Assembly: GCA_050741255.1 (NCBI GenBank)
Contig: JBOIEQ010000003.1
Span: 2,213-66,212, forward strand
Reading direction: 5' to 3'
Length of the DNA: 64,000 bases
DNA from: Burkholderiales bacterium
GTDB taxonomy: Bacteria; Pseudomonadota; Gammaproteobacteria; Burkholderiales; SG8-41
The position numbers and the translations under genes are program-made. Shown here one piece after another: positions 19,766-28,821 of this stretch. Position 1 is the stretch's first letter; each line of letters begins with the position of its first letter. The notes beneath the pieces are model-generated. The model ran no database searches and was not told where the DNA came from. It was given only the letters and a program-made list of their open reading frames with translations.

Positions 19766-19852
19766 GCTGCTTCCTCCGGGCTAGAATGAACTGAAATGAG
19801 CGTTGAAATGAGTGTTGAAATGCAGGCGACCGATTATAGAGGAGGCTGCGGC

Positions 19853-21535
19853 ATGTTCCCCTTGTCACTGGCGCGGCGGCTGGCGGCTGCATTCGTCGTT
19901 GCACTGCTCGTCGCGGGACTGCCGCCGGCCGCTTTCGCGCAGTTCGATGCGGCCCGCGCCTACAAGCAGAGCGAGGCCGTCAAGAAACGTTACCCCGATC
20001 CGCCCGTGCGCTTTGACACCCCGGGTTTCGCGCCCGGCAAGGCCGATTTCACCTCGCACGAGGAGATGATGGCCTTCCTCTACGCCCTGCAGCGCAAGGC
20101 GCCGGGCAACCTGCAGTTGCGCACGATCGGTGCGTCGGAGGAGGGCCGCGCGATCCCGATGCTGGTGCTGACCAATGCCGGCGCCTTTTCCGCGCCGGAG
20201 GTGCTGCGCCTGAACCGTCCGGTGGTGCTGCTGGCCGGTCTGCAGCACGGCAACGAACCGGCCGGCGGCGAGGTGATGCTGGCGCTGGCGCAGGAACTCG
20301 CCATCGGTCCGCTGAAGCCGTTGCTCGACCGCATCACGGTGGTGATCGTGCCGCGCAACAACCCGGACGGCGCGTTCTATTTCACCCGCTCGCCCGCGCG
20401 CGGCATCGACATCAACCGCGACCATATCAAGCTGGATCTGCCGGAGACGATCGCGCTGCACAAGGTGATCAACGAATTCCAGCCCGAGGTGTTCGTGGAC
20501 GCGCATGAGTTCAGCGTGGCCACCCGCTGGATCCAGAAGTTCGGCAAGCTGTTGGCCTACGACCTGACCTTCCTGTACGCAACCAATCCCAACGTGGCGC
20601 CGGAACTGACGGCGCTGGCGGACAAGCGCTTCCGTGCCGCGATCGTGCGCGACGTGGAGAAGGCCGGCTACACGCAGCACTGGTACTTCACGACCTCCTA
20701 CAACATGGAGGACAAGAAGGTGTCGATGGGCGGTACCTCGCCCGACATCGGCCGTAATACCGCGGGCCTGCAGAACGCGATTTCCTTCCTGATCGAAACG
20801 CGCGGCGTGGGCATCGGCCGCGAGAGCTACGCGCGGCGTGTGCACACGCACCAGGTCGCGATCACCGCCGTGCTGCAGACGGCCGCCGCCAACGCCGATG
20901 AACTGCGTGCGGCGGTGCGCGGCGCACGGCTGGCGACGGCGAAACGCGGCGCCGCGCCGGGCCCGCAGGACACGATCGCCGTGCGCGTGAAAGTCCCCAC
21001 CGTGCCGCACAAGCTCACGATGCTCGATCCGCAGTCCGGCGAGCCCGCGGAGGTGGAGGTGCAGTGGGAGGATTCGCTGGCCGCCATTCCCGATCTCGTG
21101 CGGCAACGGCCCGCGGCCTACCTGATGCCGCCTTCCTACGGCGATATCGCGCGGCGGCTGGAACTGTCCGGGGTCGATGTGCGGCGTCTGCGACAGGCGA
21201 CGACGCTCGACGTGGAAAGCTATCAGGTGACCGACAAGCGCGTCAGCGATGTGTTCTATGAGGGGCACATCCGCAACACCGTGACCACCGACGTGGTGCG
21301 CAAGCCGGTGACCTTCCAGCCGGGCAGCTATGTCTTTTCGATGGCGCAGGCGAACGCGAATCTCATTGCCGTGGCGCTGGAACCGGAATCGCCGTCGAGC
21401 TTCGTGACGTTCGGGCTGATTCCGGTGGACAAGAAGGGCGCGACCCTGATGGGCGGCGCCGCCAGCGAAGTGCCGGTGTACCGGCTGCCGGCGCCGGCGG
21501 CGCTGGACACGGTGCCGTGGGAGGCGCCGCGGTAA
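19853..21535 (+). CDS. Exported M14-family zinc carboxypeptidase
   Basis: ATG at 19853 lies 8 nt after AGGAGG. Signal peptide MFPLSLARRLAAAFVVALLVAGLPPAAFA. Zinc motif GLQHGNEPAGGE, plus DINRDH. Confidence 0.8.
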   Translation: MFPLSLARRLAAAFVVALLVAGLPPAAFAQFDAARAYKQSEAVKKRYPDPPVRFDTPGFAPGKADFTSHEEMMAFLYALQRKAPGNLQLRTIGASEEGRAIPMLVLTNAGAFSAPEVLRLNRPVVLLAGLQHGNEPAGGEVMLALAQELAIGPLKPLLDRITVVIVPRNNPDGAFYFTRSPARGIDINRDHIKLDLPETIALHKVINEFQPEVFVDAHEFSVATRWIQKFGKLLAYDLTFLYATNPNVAPELTALADKRFRAAIVRDVEKAGYTQHWYFTTSYNMEDKKVSMGGTSPDIGRNTAGLQNAISFLIETRGVGIGRESYARRVHTHQVAITAVLQTAAANADELRAAVRGARLATAKRGAAPGPQDTIAVRVKVPTVPHKLTMLDPQSGEPAEVEVQWEDSLAAIPDLVRQRPAAYLMPPSYGDIARRLELSGVDVRRLRQATTLDVESYQVTDKRVSDVFYEGHIRNTVTTDVVRKPVTFQPGSYVFSMAQANANLIAVALEPESPSSFVTFGLIPVDKKGATLMGGAASEVPVYRLPAPAALDTVPWEAPR

Positions 21536-21542
21536 GGACGGT

Positions 21543-22403
21543 TCAGTCCGTCATCGTTTTTTCGAGTTTGCCCGTCGCCGTCCATTTCGACGGCGTTGCC
21601 AACGGCGCCCCACCAGCCCGCGCGGTGCCGTCGATCGCGCCGCCGTTTACACGTCCGGTAAATTCACGAGTCGCGCCGCCGTCCTCGATGGACAGCGTGA
21701 TCTGGTCGCCGGTGATCCGGGCGCTCCGAAGCTGCGCCGGCTTGCCGCCGATCGTGGCCTTGCCGGAGAGCTCCTGGTACTTCTGGTCGAGCTTGACCTC
21801 GTAGGCCTGCCCGTTCGCCAGCCATGTCCAGGTGCCGGCCACCTTGGCGGGCACGATCCACAGGTAGGCCGTGCCGCCGCGCGTTTCAATCTGGTCGGCG
21901 GCCCAGTTGCCCATGTCGAAAGCGTGCGACACGATGCGCGTGCCCGGCTTCAGGTTGAGCAGCGTCGGCCGCAGCTTGAGGTTGATCGAGGTCAGCAGGT
22001 ACATCGTGATGACCGTCGCCTTCGAGAAATCGGTCTCGAAGAGGTCGGCCTTCACGAACGTGGCCCGCGCCGAGACGCCCGCCGCGGCGGCGTTTTTCTT
22101 CGACAGCTCCACCATCTCGGGCTCGTACTCGATGCCCGTCGCGGTCGCGCCGCGCCGGGCTGCCGCGATCACGGTGCGGCCATCGCCGGAACCCAGATCG
22201 AAGACGATATCGTTCGACGTGACCTTGGCCATGTCGAGCATCCGGCCGACCAGTTCCTGGCCGGTCGGCACCCAGACGACGTCCTTGCCGGGCTGGCCGG
22301 AGTAGGGCTCGAACTTTGGCGCGGGTTGCGGCTGGGCGAATGCGCTGGCGGCGCCGCACAGGAGCAGCGCAAGACCCGCCTTGCGCAGGGAGAGCGACAT
22401 CAT
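21543..22403 (-). CDS. Signal-peptide-bearing class I SAM-dependent methyltransferase (paralog 1)
   Basis: Internal ATG (CAT 22401-22403). MMSLSLRKAGLALLLCGAASAFA/QPQP; SAM motif I VFDLGSGDGRTVIAAARRGA; C-terminal extra domain of about 100 aa. Confidence 0.75.
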   Translation of the reverse strand: MMSLSLRKAGLALLLCGAASAFAQPQPAPKFEPYSGQPGKDVVWVPTGQELVGRMLDMAKVTSNDIVFDLGSGDGRTVIAAARRGATATGIEYEPEMVELSKKNAAAAGVSARATFVKADLFETDFSKATVITMYLLTSINLKLRPTLLNLKPGTRIVSHAFDMGNWAADQIETRGGTAYLWIVPAKVAGTWTWLANGQAYEVKLDQKYQELSGKATIGGKPAQLRSARITGDQITLSIEDGGATREFTGRVNGGAIDGTARAGGAPLATPSKWTATGKLEKTMTD

Positions 22404-22416
22404 GGCGGCGGTTGGC

Positions 22417-23256
22417 TCAGGACTTCGCGAGCTTGCCCGACGCCGCCCACTTCGCCGCGCTGCCGCCCGCTTTCGCCATGCCGTCGATGGCCGAGCCGGA
22501 TACGCGGCCGGTGAATTCGCGCACCGCGCCGCCTTCATCGACGGTGAGCGTGATCTGGTCGCCATTGATCTTGGCGCTGGTCAGCTTGGCCGGCTTGCCG
22601 CCGATCATGGCCGTCCCGGTCAGCTCCTGATACTTCTGCGCCAGCGTGACTTCGTAGTTCTGGTTGTTGGCCTGCCACGTCCAGGTGCCGGCGACTTTCG
22701 CGGGGACGATCCAGAAATACGCGGTACGGCCTTCCACGCTGGCGGTTTCGTCGGCCTTCCAGTCGTCCATCGTGAACGCATGCGACACCACGCGGGTGCC
22801 GGGTTTCATGTTGAGGATGGTCGGCCGCAGCTTCACGTTCAGCGACGGCAGCAGGTACATGGTCACGACGGTCGCCTTGCTGAAGTCCGTGACGAAAATG
22901 TCACCGTTGATGAACGTGGCGTTGGCGGAGACGCCGGCTTTCTCGGCGTTGAGTTTCGACAGGCTCGCCATGTCCGGATTGAATTCGATGCCCGTCGCCT
23001 TTGCGCCGCGCTTGGCGGCGGCGATCACCGTGCGGCCGTCGCCGGAACCGAGATCGAAGACGATGTCGTTCGGCGTGACTTTCGCCATGTCGAGCATTTT
23101 GGCGATGAGGTTTTCGGGGGTCGGCACCCAGATCACATCCTTGCCTTCCTGGCCGACCTGCGGCGTGTAGGTGGCATCGGCGGCAATGACGGTGGCGGCG
23201 GGCAGGACGAGCGCCAGGGCAACGGCGGCGCGCGCGAGTGAACGGACAAATGACAT
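22417..23256 (-). CDS. Signal-peptide-bearing class I SAM-dependent methyltransferase (paralog 2)
   Basis: Internal ATG (CAT 23254-23256) after AAGGAG. MSFVRSLARAAVALALVLPAATVIA/ADAT; VFDLGSGDGRTVIAAAKRGA. Collinear with paralog 1 over its full length. Confidence 0.78.
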   Translation of the reverse strand: MSFVRSLARAAVALALVLPAATVIAADATYTPQVGQEGKDVIWVPTPENLIAKMLDMAKVTPNDIVFDLGSGDGRTVIAAAKRGAKATGIEFNPDMASLSKLNAEKAGVSANATFINGDIFVTDFSKATVVTMYLLPSLNVKLRPTILNMKPGTRVVSHAFTMDDWKADETASVEGRTAYFWIVPAKVAGTWTWQANNQNYEVTLAQKYQELTGTAMIGGKPAKLTSAKINGDQITLTVDEGGAVREFTGRVSGSAIDGMAKAGGSAAKWAASGKLAKS

Positions 23257-23300
23257 TGCTGACTCCTTGGTGGGAATGACCTGACGGAAGAGGGGCAATC

Positions 23301-24278
23301 TTACTCCGGCTTCGCGCCGGAGGCCTTCACGACCGGCGCCCAACGCGCGATTTCGGACTTGATGTGGGCGCTGAATTCTTCAGGGGTGTTGCCGACAGGA
23401 TCCGCGCCATCGGCCGCCAGCCGTTCCCGCACGTCGGGCCGCTGCAGGACCCTGACGATGTCCGCATTCAGCCTGGCCACGATCTCGCGCGGCGTGCCCG
23501 CCGGCGCGAGGACGCCGTACCATTGCGTCGCTTCGTATCCCGGCACGGCTTCGGCGATCGCCATCACCTCGGGCATGACGGCGAGGCGTTTGGCGGTGCC
23601 CACCCCGATCGGGCGCAGCTTGCCGGACTTGATGTGCGGCATCAGGGCCGGCATGCCCGTGATCGTCATCTGGGTCTGGCCGGCGATCAGGTCGTAGATG
23701 GCCGGGCCGGCGCCCTTGTAGGGGATATGCACGAGCTGGACCTTGGCGAGCAGTTCGAAGTACACCACGGCCAGGTGGGTCGCGCTGCCGCTGCCGCCGG
23801 AGCCGTACAGCACCTGCCGCGGCTTCGCCCGCGCAATCGCCAGGAAGTCCTTCACGTTGCGCGCCGGAAACGACGGGTGCACGACCATGCCGTTCGGCAC
23901 CATCGCCAGCAGCGTGATCGGGGCGAAGTCCCTGATGGCGTCGTACGGCAGCTTGGGATACAGCGTCGGGTTCGCGCCGAAGGTACCGATGTGCCCCATG
24001 ACGATCGTATAGCCGTCGGCCGGTGCTCTCGAGGCCAGCTCGACGCCGATGGTGCCGCCGGCACCGCCGCGATTCTCGACGACCACCTGCTGACCCCACG
24101 CTTCGCTCAGTTTCAGCGCCACGAGGCGCGCCAGAAAATCAGTACTGCCGCCGGGCGGGAAGGGCGCGATGAAGCGCACGGGCTTGGTTGGAAACGTCTG
24201 TGCGATGACCGGACCCGCGCCGGCGGCGAGACCCAGGATTGCAGCGATGACCACCAGCGGCCGACGTGTGCGCATCAT
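23301..24278 (-). CDS. Bug/TctC-family tripartite tricarboxylate transporter substrate-binding protein
   Basis: Signal peptide plus FPTKPVRFIAPFPPGGSTDFLARL. Confidence 0.9.
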   Translation of the reverse strand: MMRTRRPLVVIAAILGLAAGAGPVIAQTFPTKPVRFIAPFPPGGSTDFLARLVALKLSEAWGQQVVVENRGGAGGTIGVELASRAPADGYTIVMGHIGTFGANPTLYPKLPYDAIRDFAPITLLAMVPNGMVVHPSFPARNVKDFLAIARAKPRQVLYGSGGSGSATHLAVVYFELLAKVQLVHIPYKGAGPAIYDLIAGQTQMTITGMPALMPHIKSGKLRPIGVGTAKRLAVMPEVMAIAEAVPGYEATQWYGVLAPAGTPREIVARLNADIVRVLQRPDVRERLAADGADPVGNTPEEFSAHIKSEIARWAPVVKASGAKPE

Positions 24279-24284
24279 GTTCTC

Positions 24285-25502
24285 CTAGGTCGATTTGTTC
24301 AGGCGGCCATCGATGGTGGCGCCCTCGGTCACCATGCGTTCGATGTCGGCGTCGGACAGTCCGACCTCGCGCAGGATCTCGACGGAACTCTGACCCAGCT
24401 TGTCCGCCGGCTGCCAGCCTTCACGCAGGCCGCACGACCATTGGTTGGGCAGGCGCATGCTGCGTGTTTTGCCTTCGGTCGGATGGTCTTTGATCTCGAA
24501 GAAGCCGATGTCTTTCAGGTGCGGGTCTTCCAGCAGGCTGTCGAGCGTGTGGTAGGGCATCGCCGGCACATCGTTGGCGTCGAAGATTTCCAGCCATTCG
24601 GCGGTGGTCTTGCCGCGCAGCGCCGCGAGCCTGATCTCGAAGTAGTCCTTCACGTTCGCGAAGCGCCCCGGCACGCTGGAGAAGCGCGGGTCGGTCTTGA
24701 GTTCCGGCCGCCCGATCGCATCGAAGTACGCGAAGGCCTGGTCGTTGGTGTTGGCGGAGATGCAGATGTAGCCATCCTTGGTCGGGATCGGTTTGTTCTG
24801 CGGATCGAGCAGCCGCGGATCGCCGGTTTCGCCGAGCGGCGGATCGAAGGTTTTCAGGTACATGTGCTCTTCGAGCACGAACTTGACCATGTTCTCGAAC
24901 ATCGGAATCTCGATCGAGGCGCCCTCGCCGGTGCGGGCAACACGGTAGAGCGCCATCGCGATCATCTGCACCGCAATCAGCCCGGAGACCTTGTCGGCGA
25001 CCACCATGGGCACAAACCGCGGCTCGCCGCCTGCCCGGTGATGAATCGCGGCCATGCCGCCCGAGCCCTGGATGATGGTGTCGTAGGCGGGCTTGTCGCG
25101 GTAGCGGCCATCCTGGCCGAAGCCGAACATGCCGCAATAGACGATCTTGGGGTTGATCGCACGCACGTCGTCGTACGACAGCTTCAGCCGCGCCATCGCG
25201 GCGGGCCGGACATTCCATACCAGCACGTCGGCACGGGCGATCAGTTTCTTCAACGCCGCGAAGCCGGACGGCTGCTTGAGGTCCAGCACGATCGAGCGCT
25301 TGTTGCGGTTGAGGTGCAGGAACTTCGCGCCCATGGCCGGCGTCACGGACTTGCCGTTCATGGTGCGGATCAGGTCGCCGGATTTGGTCTCGACCTTGAT
25401 GACTTCCGCGCCGTGGTCGGCGAGGATCTGCGTGGCGAGCGGGCCGACAACGACCGAGGTGAGGTCGACGATGGTGACGCCTTCGAGCGGGCCGCCGGCC
25501 AT
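24285..25502 (-). CDS. Family III CoA-transferase (CaiB/BaiF type)
   Basis: Internal ATG (CAT 25500-25502). MAGGPLEGVTIVDLTSVVVGPLATQILADHGAEVIKVE. The start overlaps the upstream stop (TAATG). Confidence 0.85.
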   Translation of the reverse strand: MAGGPLEGVTIVDLTSVVVGPLATQILADHGAEVIKVETKSGDLIRTMNGKSVTPAMGAKFLHLNRNKRSIVLDLKQPSGFAALKKLIARADVLVWNVRPAAMARLKLSYDDVRAINPKIVYCGMFGFGQDGRYRDKPAYDTIIQGSGGMAAIHHRAGGEPRFVPMVVADKVSGLIAVQMIAMALYRVARTGEGASIEIPMFENMVKFVLEEHMYLKTFDPPLGETGDPRLLDPQNKPIPTKDGYICISANTNDQAFAYFDAIGRPELKTDPRFSSVPGRFANVKDYFEIRLAALRGKTTAEWLEIFDANDVPAMPYHTLDSLLEDPHLKDIGFFEIKDHPTEGKTRSMRLPNQWSCGLREGWQPADKLGQSSVEILREVGLSDADIERMVTEGATIDGRLNKST

Positions 25503-26359
25503 TACGCGTACTCTGCTTCGGCCGTCAGCGCCAGCGCGCCGGTGTCGTCCAGCGCCCACAGGCGGCCAGCCTTGCCGCCGGCCGCCGGTTCGCCCTGAAT
25601 CGCAATCGGCCGGCCGACGAACAGCGGCCGCACGTTGCGCGAGGCGATGTGGCGGATGACCGCACCGTTGGCGCGCGCGAGTTCGAACACCAGCAGCGTC
25701 GTCAGGCCCCCGTTCATGACCAGCGTCGGATAGCCCTCGACCTGCGTGACGTACGGCAAGTCGTAGTGGATGCGATGCCCGTTGAAGGTCAGCGCCGAGT
25801 AGCGGAACAGCATCACCGGGTCCGGGGTGACGGTGTTTTTCCAGACCGCCGTGCCGGGCGCGGGCTGCGGGGCGGGAGGCGCCGCACCTTTCTCCGGTTC
25901 GTCGCGGTAGACGATGTCCTGTTCCTCCGTGATGGCGAGACCGCGCGCGCTGGAAATCTCCGCCACCACCGTCACGAACACCATCTGCCCGGTGCGGCCT
26001 TGCTTGGGCGTGACGCTCTTGATCGTCGAGCGCTTGGTGACTTCGTCACCCACGCGCAGGTCGGCGTGGAAGGTGATGCGCTTGCCGGCGAACATGCGGC
26101 GCGGCAGCGGTACCGGCGGCAGGAAGTCGCCGCGCGCCGGGTGCCCGTCCGGGCCGATCTGCGACTGGCGCACCACGCGCGGAAACAGCATCGAGTGCCA
26201 GCCGATCGGCAGCACGTCGCCGAGCTTGGGATGCGGGTCGTCGCGGTCGAGCGTCGCGCTCAGCCGATGCACGGCGGGCACGGTGACGAAATCGGTGTCG
26301 GATTCCTCGCGGCCGATCCATTGCTTCAGGTCGTCCAGCGTCTTCACGGGGGTGTTCAC
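25502..26359 (-). CDS. Hotdog-fold acyl-CoA dehydratase/hydratase (MaoC/FAS1-like dehydratase family)
   Basis: 285 aa. The pattern ...LPIGWHSMLFPRVV...GDFLPPVPLPRRMFAGKRITFHADLRVGDEVT...MVFVTV... is typical of this two-part hotdog hydratase family. The call is also supported by coupling to the CoA-transferase. Confidence 0.6.
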   Translation of the reverse strand: MNTPVKTLDDLKQWIGREESDTDFVTVPAVHRLSATLDRDDPHPKLGDVLPIGWHSMLFPRVVRQSQIGPDGHPARGDFLPPVPLPRRMFAGKRITFHADLRVGDEVTKRSTIKSVTPKQGRTGQMVFVTVVAEISSARGLAITEEQDIVYRDEPEKGAAPPAPQPAPGTAVWKNTVTPDPVMLFRYSALTFNGHRIHYDLPYVTQVEGYPTLVMNGGLTTLLVFELARANGAVIRHIASRNVRPLFVGRPIAIQGEPAAGGKAGRLWALDDTGALALTAEAEYA

Positions 26360-26463
26360 GTTCTGCTCTCCTGATCATGGCGGCCTGTACGAGGCGCTGC
26401 GTTCACGGGTGACCGCCGACAATAGCCGAACCCGCCGGGAACTACAAAGCCCGGTCTACCTCA

Positions 26464-26943
26464 TCATTTCAGCGACTGCCCCCGCACACTCTTGATGCCG
26501 GCGCGCTTGATCACGCAGATCGCGTAGGAAGAAAAGCCCGGTATGTCGGGCGTGGCGACGATCTGCGGATTCAGGTCGCCTTTGTCGTCGAGGGTAAACC
26601 CCATGAACCTCGTGAGGCTCGATCGCGCGACGTGCGTCAACACGAGTTCACGGCTGAAGTCTATGTCGGGCAGCGGGGCCTTGATCTGCCAGGCGCGCCA
26701 CAGTTGTTCCAGCGTGCCCCGGTCGGTGATGACCGCGGGCGCCGAGTCCGGCGGGGCCGGCACCCGGCCGTTCCATTGTTGAAGCAGGGTCACCGACTGC
26801 GGCTTGGCGGCGGCGGTGTCCGCCGCCGCGGCGGGCGCGCAGCAGAGCGTGAACACCGCGAGCGCATGGATCAGACCCGTTGCGCTGGCCGCGGCACGTG
26901 TTCTCCAATCCCCAATCCCGAATTTCCAATCCCGTTTCATCAT
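26464..26943 (-). CDS. Small exported hypothetical protein
   Basis: 159 aa. Hydrophobic leader GLIHALAVFTLCCAPAAAA/DTAAAK. The first about 13 codons are made of a tandem heptamer repeat, so the start is uncertain. Confidence 0.45.
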   Translation of the reverse strand: MMKRDWKFGIGDWRTRAAASATGLIHALAVFTLCCAPAAAADTAAAKPQSVTLLQQWNGRVPAPPDSAPAVITDRGTLEQLWRAWQIKAPLPDIDFSRELVLTHVARSSLTRFMGFTLDDKGDLNPQIVATPDIPGFSSYAICVIKRAGIKSVRGQSLK

Positions 26944-26947
26944 GGCT

Positions 26948-27916
26948 TCATTCGGCCTTCGCGCCGGAATCCTTCACCGCCTGGCCCCACTTGGCGATCT
27001 CCGACTTGATATAGGCCGCGAACTCGGCGCGCGTGCCGGGCACCGGCGTGAACGCGAGCGCGGCGAGCCGTTCCTTCACGTCCGCCTGGTTCAGGATGCG
27101 CACCATCTCTGCGTTCAGCTTGTCGAGGATGGCGGGTGGCGTGCCGGCGGGGGCGGCGATGCCGATCCAGCCGACCGCCTCGAATTTGGGATAACCGGAC
27201 TCCGCGATCGTCGGCAGGTCGGGCAGGTACGGCGAACGCGCGAGGGTCGCGATGCCGAGGCCCCGCAGGCGGCCGGAGAGGATGTGCGGGCGTACCGCCG
27301 GGATGGCGTCGAACATGGCGGGAATCTGGCCGCCGATCACCGCCGTGTTGGCCTCGGCGCTGCCCTTGAACGGCACGTGATTCAACTTGATGCCGGCCGC
27401 CGAAGCGAACATTTCCGTCGACAAGTGGCTGGTGGAACCGGCGCCGAGCGAGGCGTAGCTGATCTGGCCGGGCTTCTCTTTCGCCGCCGCGACGAACTCC
27501 TTGACGGTCTTGTACGGCGTGGCGGGACTGACCACCAGCACCTGCGGCGTAAGACCCAAATTGGAAATCGGTGCGAAATCCCTGACGGCGTCGTACGGCA
27601 GCTTCGCGTACAGCGTCGGATTGATGCCGAAGGCGCTGGAGACCGCCATGACCAGCGTGTAGCCGTCCGGCGTCGCGTTCCTGGCGACTTCGGTACCGAC
27701 CACGCCGCCGGCGCCGGGACGGTTGTCGATGATCACCTGCTGCTTCCACTGCTCGCCCATCTTCTGGCCGACCAGCCGCGCCATGATGTCGGTGGAGGAC
27801 CCGGGCGTGAACTGCACGATGATGCGGATGGGCTTGGTGGGATAGTCCTGCGCCAGCGCGGGCAGTGCGGGTAGCGCGAGGGACGCTGTTGCGAGCGCCT
27901 TCAACAGGGTGGACAT
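26948..27916 (-). CDS. Bug/TctC-family substrate-binding protein
   Basis: Internal ATG (CAT 27914-27916) after AGGAGG. MSTLLKALATASLALPALPALA/QDYPTKPIRIIVQFTPGSSTD. Confidence 0.9.
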   Translation of the reverse strand: MSTLLKALATASLALPALPALAQDYPTKPIRIIVQFTPGSSTDIMARLVGQKMGEQWKQQVIIDNRPGAGGVVGTEVARNATPDGYTLVMAVSSAFGINPTLYAKLPYDAVRDFAPISNLGLTPQVLVVSPATPYKTVKEFVAAAKEKPGQISYASLGAGSTSHLSTEMFASAAGIKLNHVPFKGSAEANTAVIGGQIPAMFDAIPAVRPHILSGRLRGLGIATLARSPYLPDLPTIAESGYPKFEAVGWIGIAAPAGTPPAILDKLNAEMVRILNQADVKERLAALAFTPVPGTRAEFAAYIKSEIAKWGQAVKDSGAKAE

Positions 27917-27953
27917 GGCAACCTCCTGGGGGAAACCGCTGCGCTGCGCGCCG

Positions 27954-28805
27954 TTACAGGGCGGGCAGCCTGAAATCGAACTCGACCCGCTCATGGGGTT
28001 TTTGCAGCCGGTAACGCGCCGCGTCGGCGGCGTCGCCCGGCCGCGGCTGCAGCACGAGTTTCGCGCGCACGCCGAACACGGCGTCCGCGTCGAGATAGGG
28101 ATCGCCGGCGAAGAACAGTTCGGTCACCAGCGTCTGGTGGGCCGGGGCCGACACCTTGAAGTGGAAATGCGCGGGCCGCCAGGCGTGCCGCCCGCCCACG
28201 CGCAGCAGGTCACCGACCGGGCCGTCGTACGGCACCTTGTAAGGCGAAGGCTTGATCGTGGTGAAGGCGTAACGGCCGTCGGCGCCGGTCTGCATGCGGC
28301 AGTACAGGTTGTACTTCGCCTGCGCTGCGTCCTGCTGCCAGTACTTGCCGTTGTCCGCCGCCTGCCAGAACTCGAGCAGTGCGCCGGCCACGGGTTTGCC
28401 GGCGCTGTCCAGGACGTGACCGCGCATCAAGAGCGGCGTGCCCGGGTTTTTCCCGATGAGGTCGCCGTCCACCGGCACCATCGGCGCGCCTTCCGCATAG
28501 AACGGCCCGAGCACGCTGCGCTCGGTCGCGCCGCTGCGGTCGCGCAGCAGGTCCACCAGCGAGGACAGGCCCAGCACGTCGGAGGTCAGCACGAACTCGC
28601 TGCGGTCGTTCGTGGAGATCTCCGCCGCCCGGTGCAGGAAGTCGATCGCGCGCCGCCATTCCTCCGGCGTGAGGTCCACTTCGCGCGCGAAGGCGTGCAG
28701 GTGCGTGACCAGCGCCGCGATCACCTGTTTCAGACGCGGATCGCCGCCCTTGTCGAAGGAACGGATGACCGCTTCAGTGATGCGGTCGCGGTCGATGTCA
28801 TGCAT
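27954..28805 (-). CDS. Intradiol ring-cleavage dioxygenase (hydroxyquinol/catechol 1,2-dioxygenase family)
   Basis: 283 aa. N-terminal helical linker domain; GPFY; LLEFWQAADNGKY; GRYAFTTIKPSPYKVP; WRPAHFHFKV. Confidence 0.85.
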   Translation of the reverse strand: MHDIDRDRITEAVIRSFDKGGDPRLKQVIAALVTHLHAFAREVDLTPEEWRRAIDFLHRAAEISTNDRSEFVLTSDVLGLSSLVDLLRDRSGATERSVLGPFYAEGAPMVPVDGDLIGKNPGTPLLMRGHVLDSAGKPVAGALLEFWQAADNGKYWQQDAAQAKYNLYCRMQTGADGRYAFTTIKPSPYKVPYDGPVGDLLRVGGRHAWRPAHFHFKVSAPAHQTLVTELFFAGDPYLDADAVFGVRAKLVLQPRPGDAADAARYRLQKPHERVEFDFRLPAL

Positions 28806-28821
28806 GGGGGGCTGAGACCGG

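Noticed and set aside
23364-25598. 744-aa plus-strand ORF
   Set aside because: It is antisense to the Bug and CoA-transferase genes, which have clear family motifs and translational coupling. The composition is artefactual.
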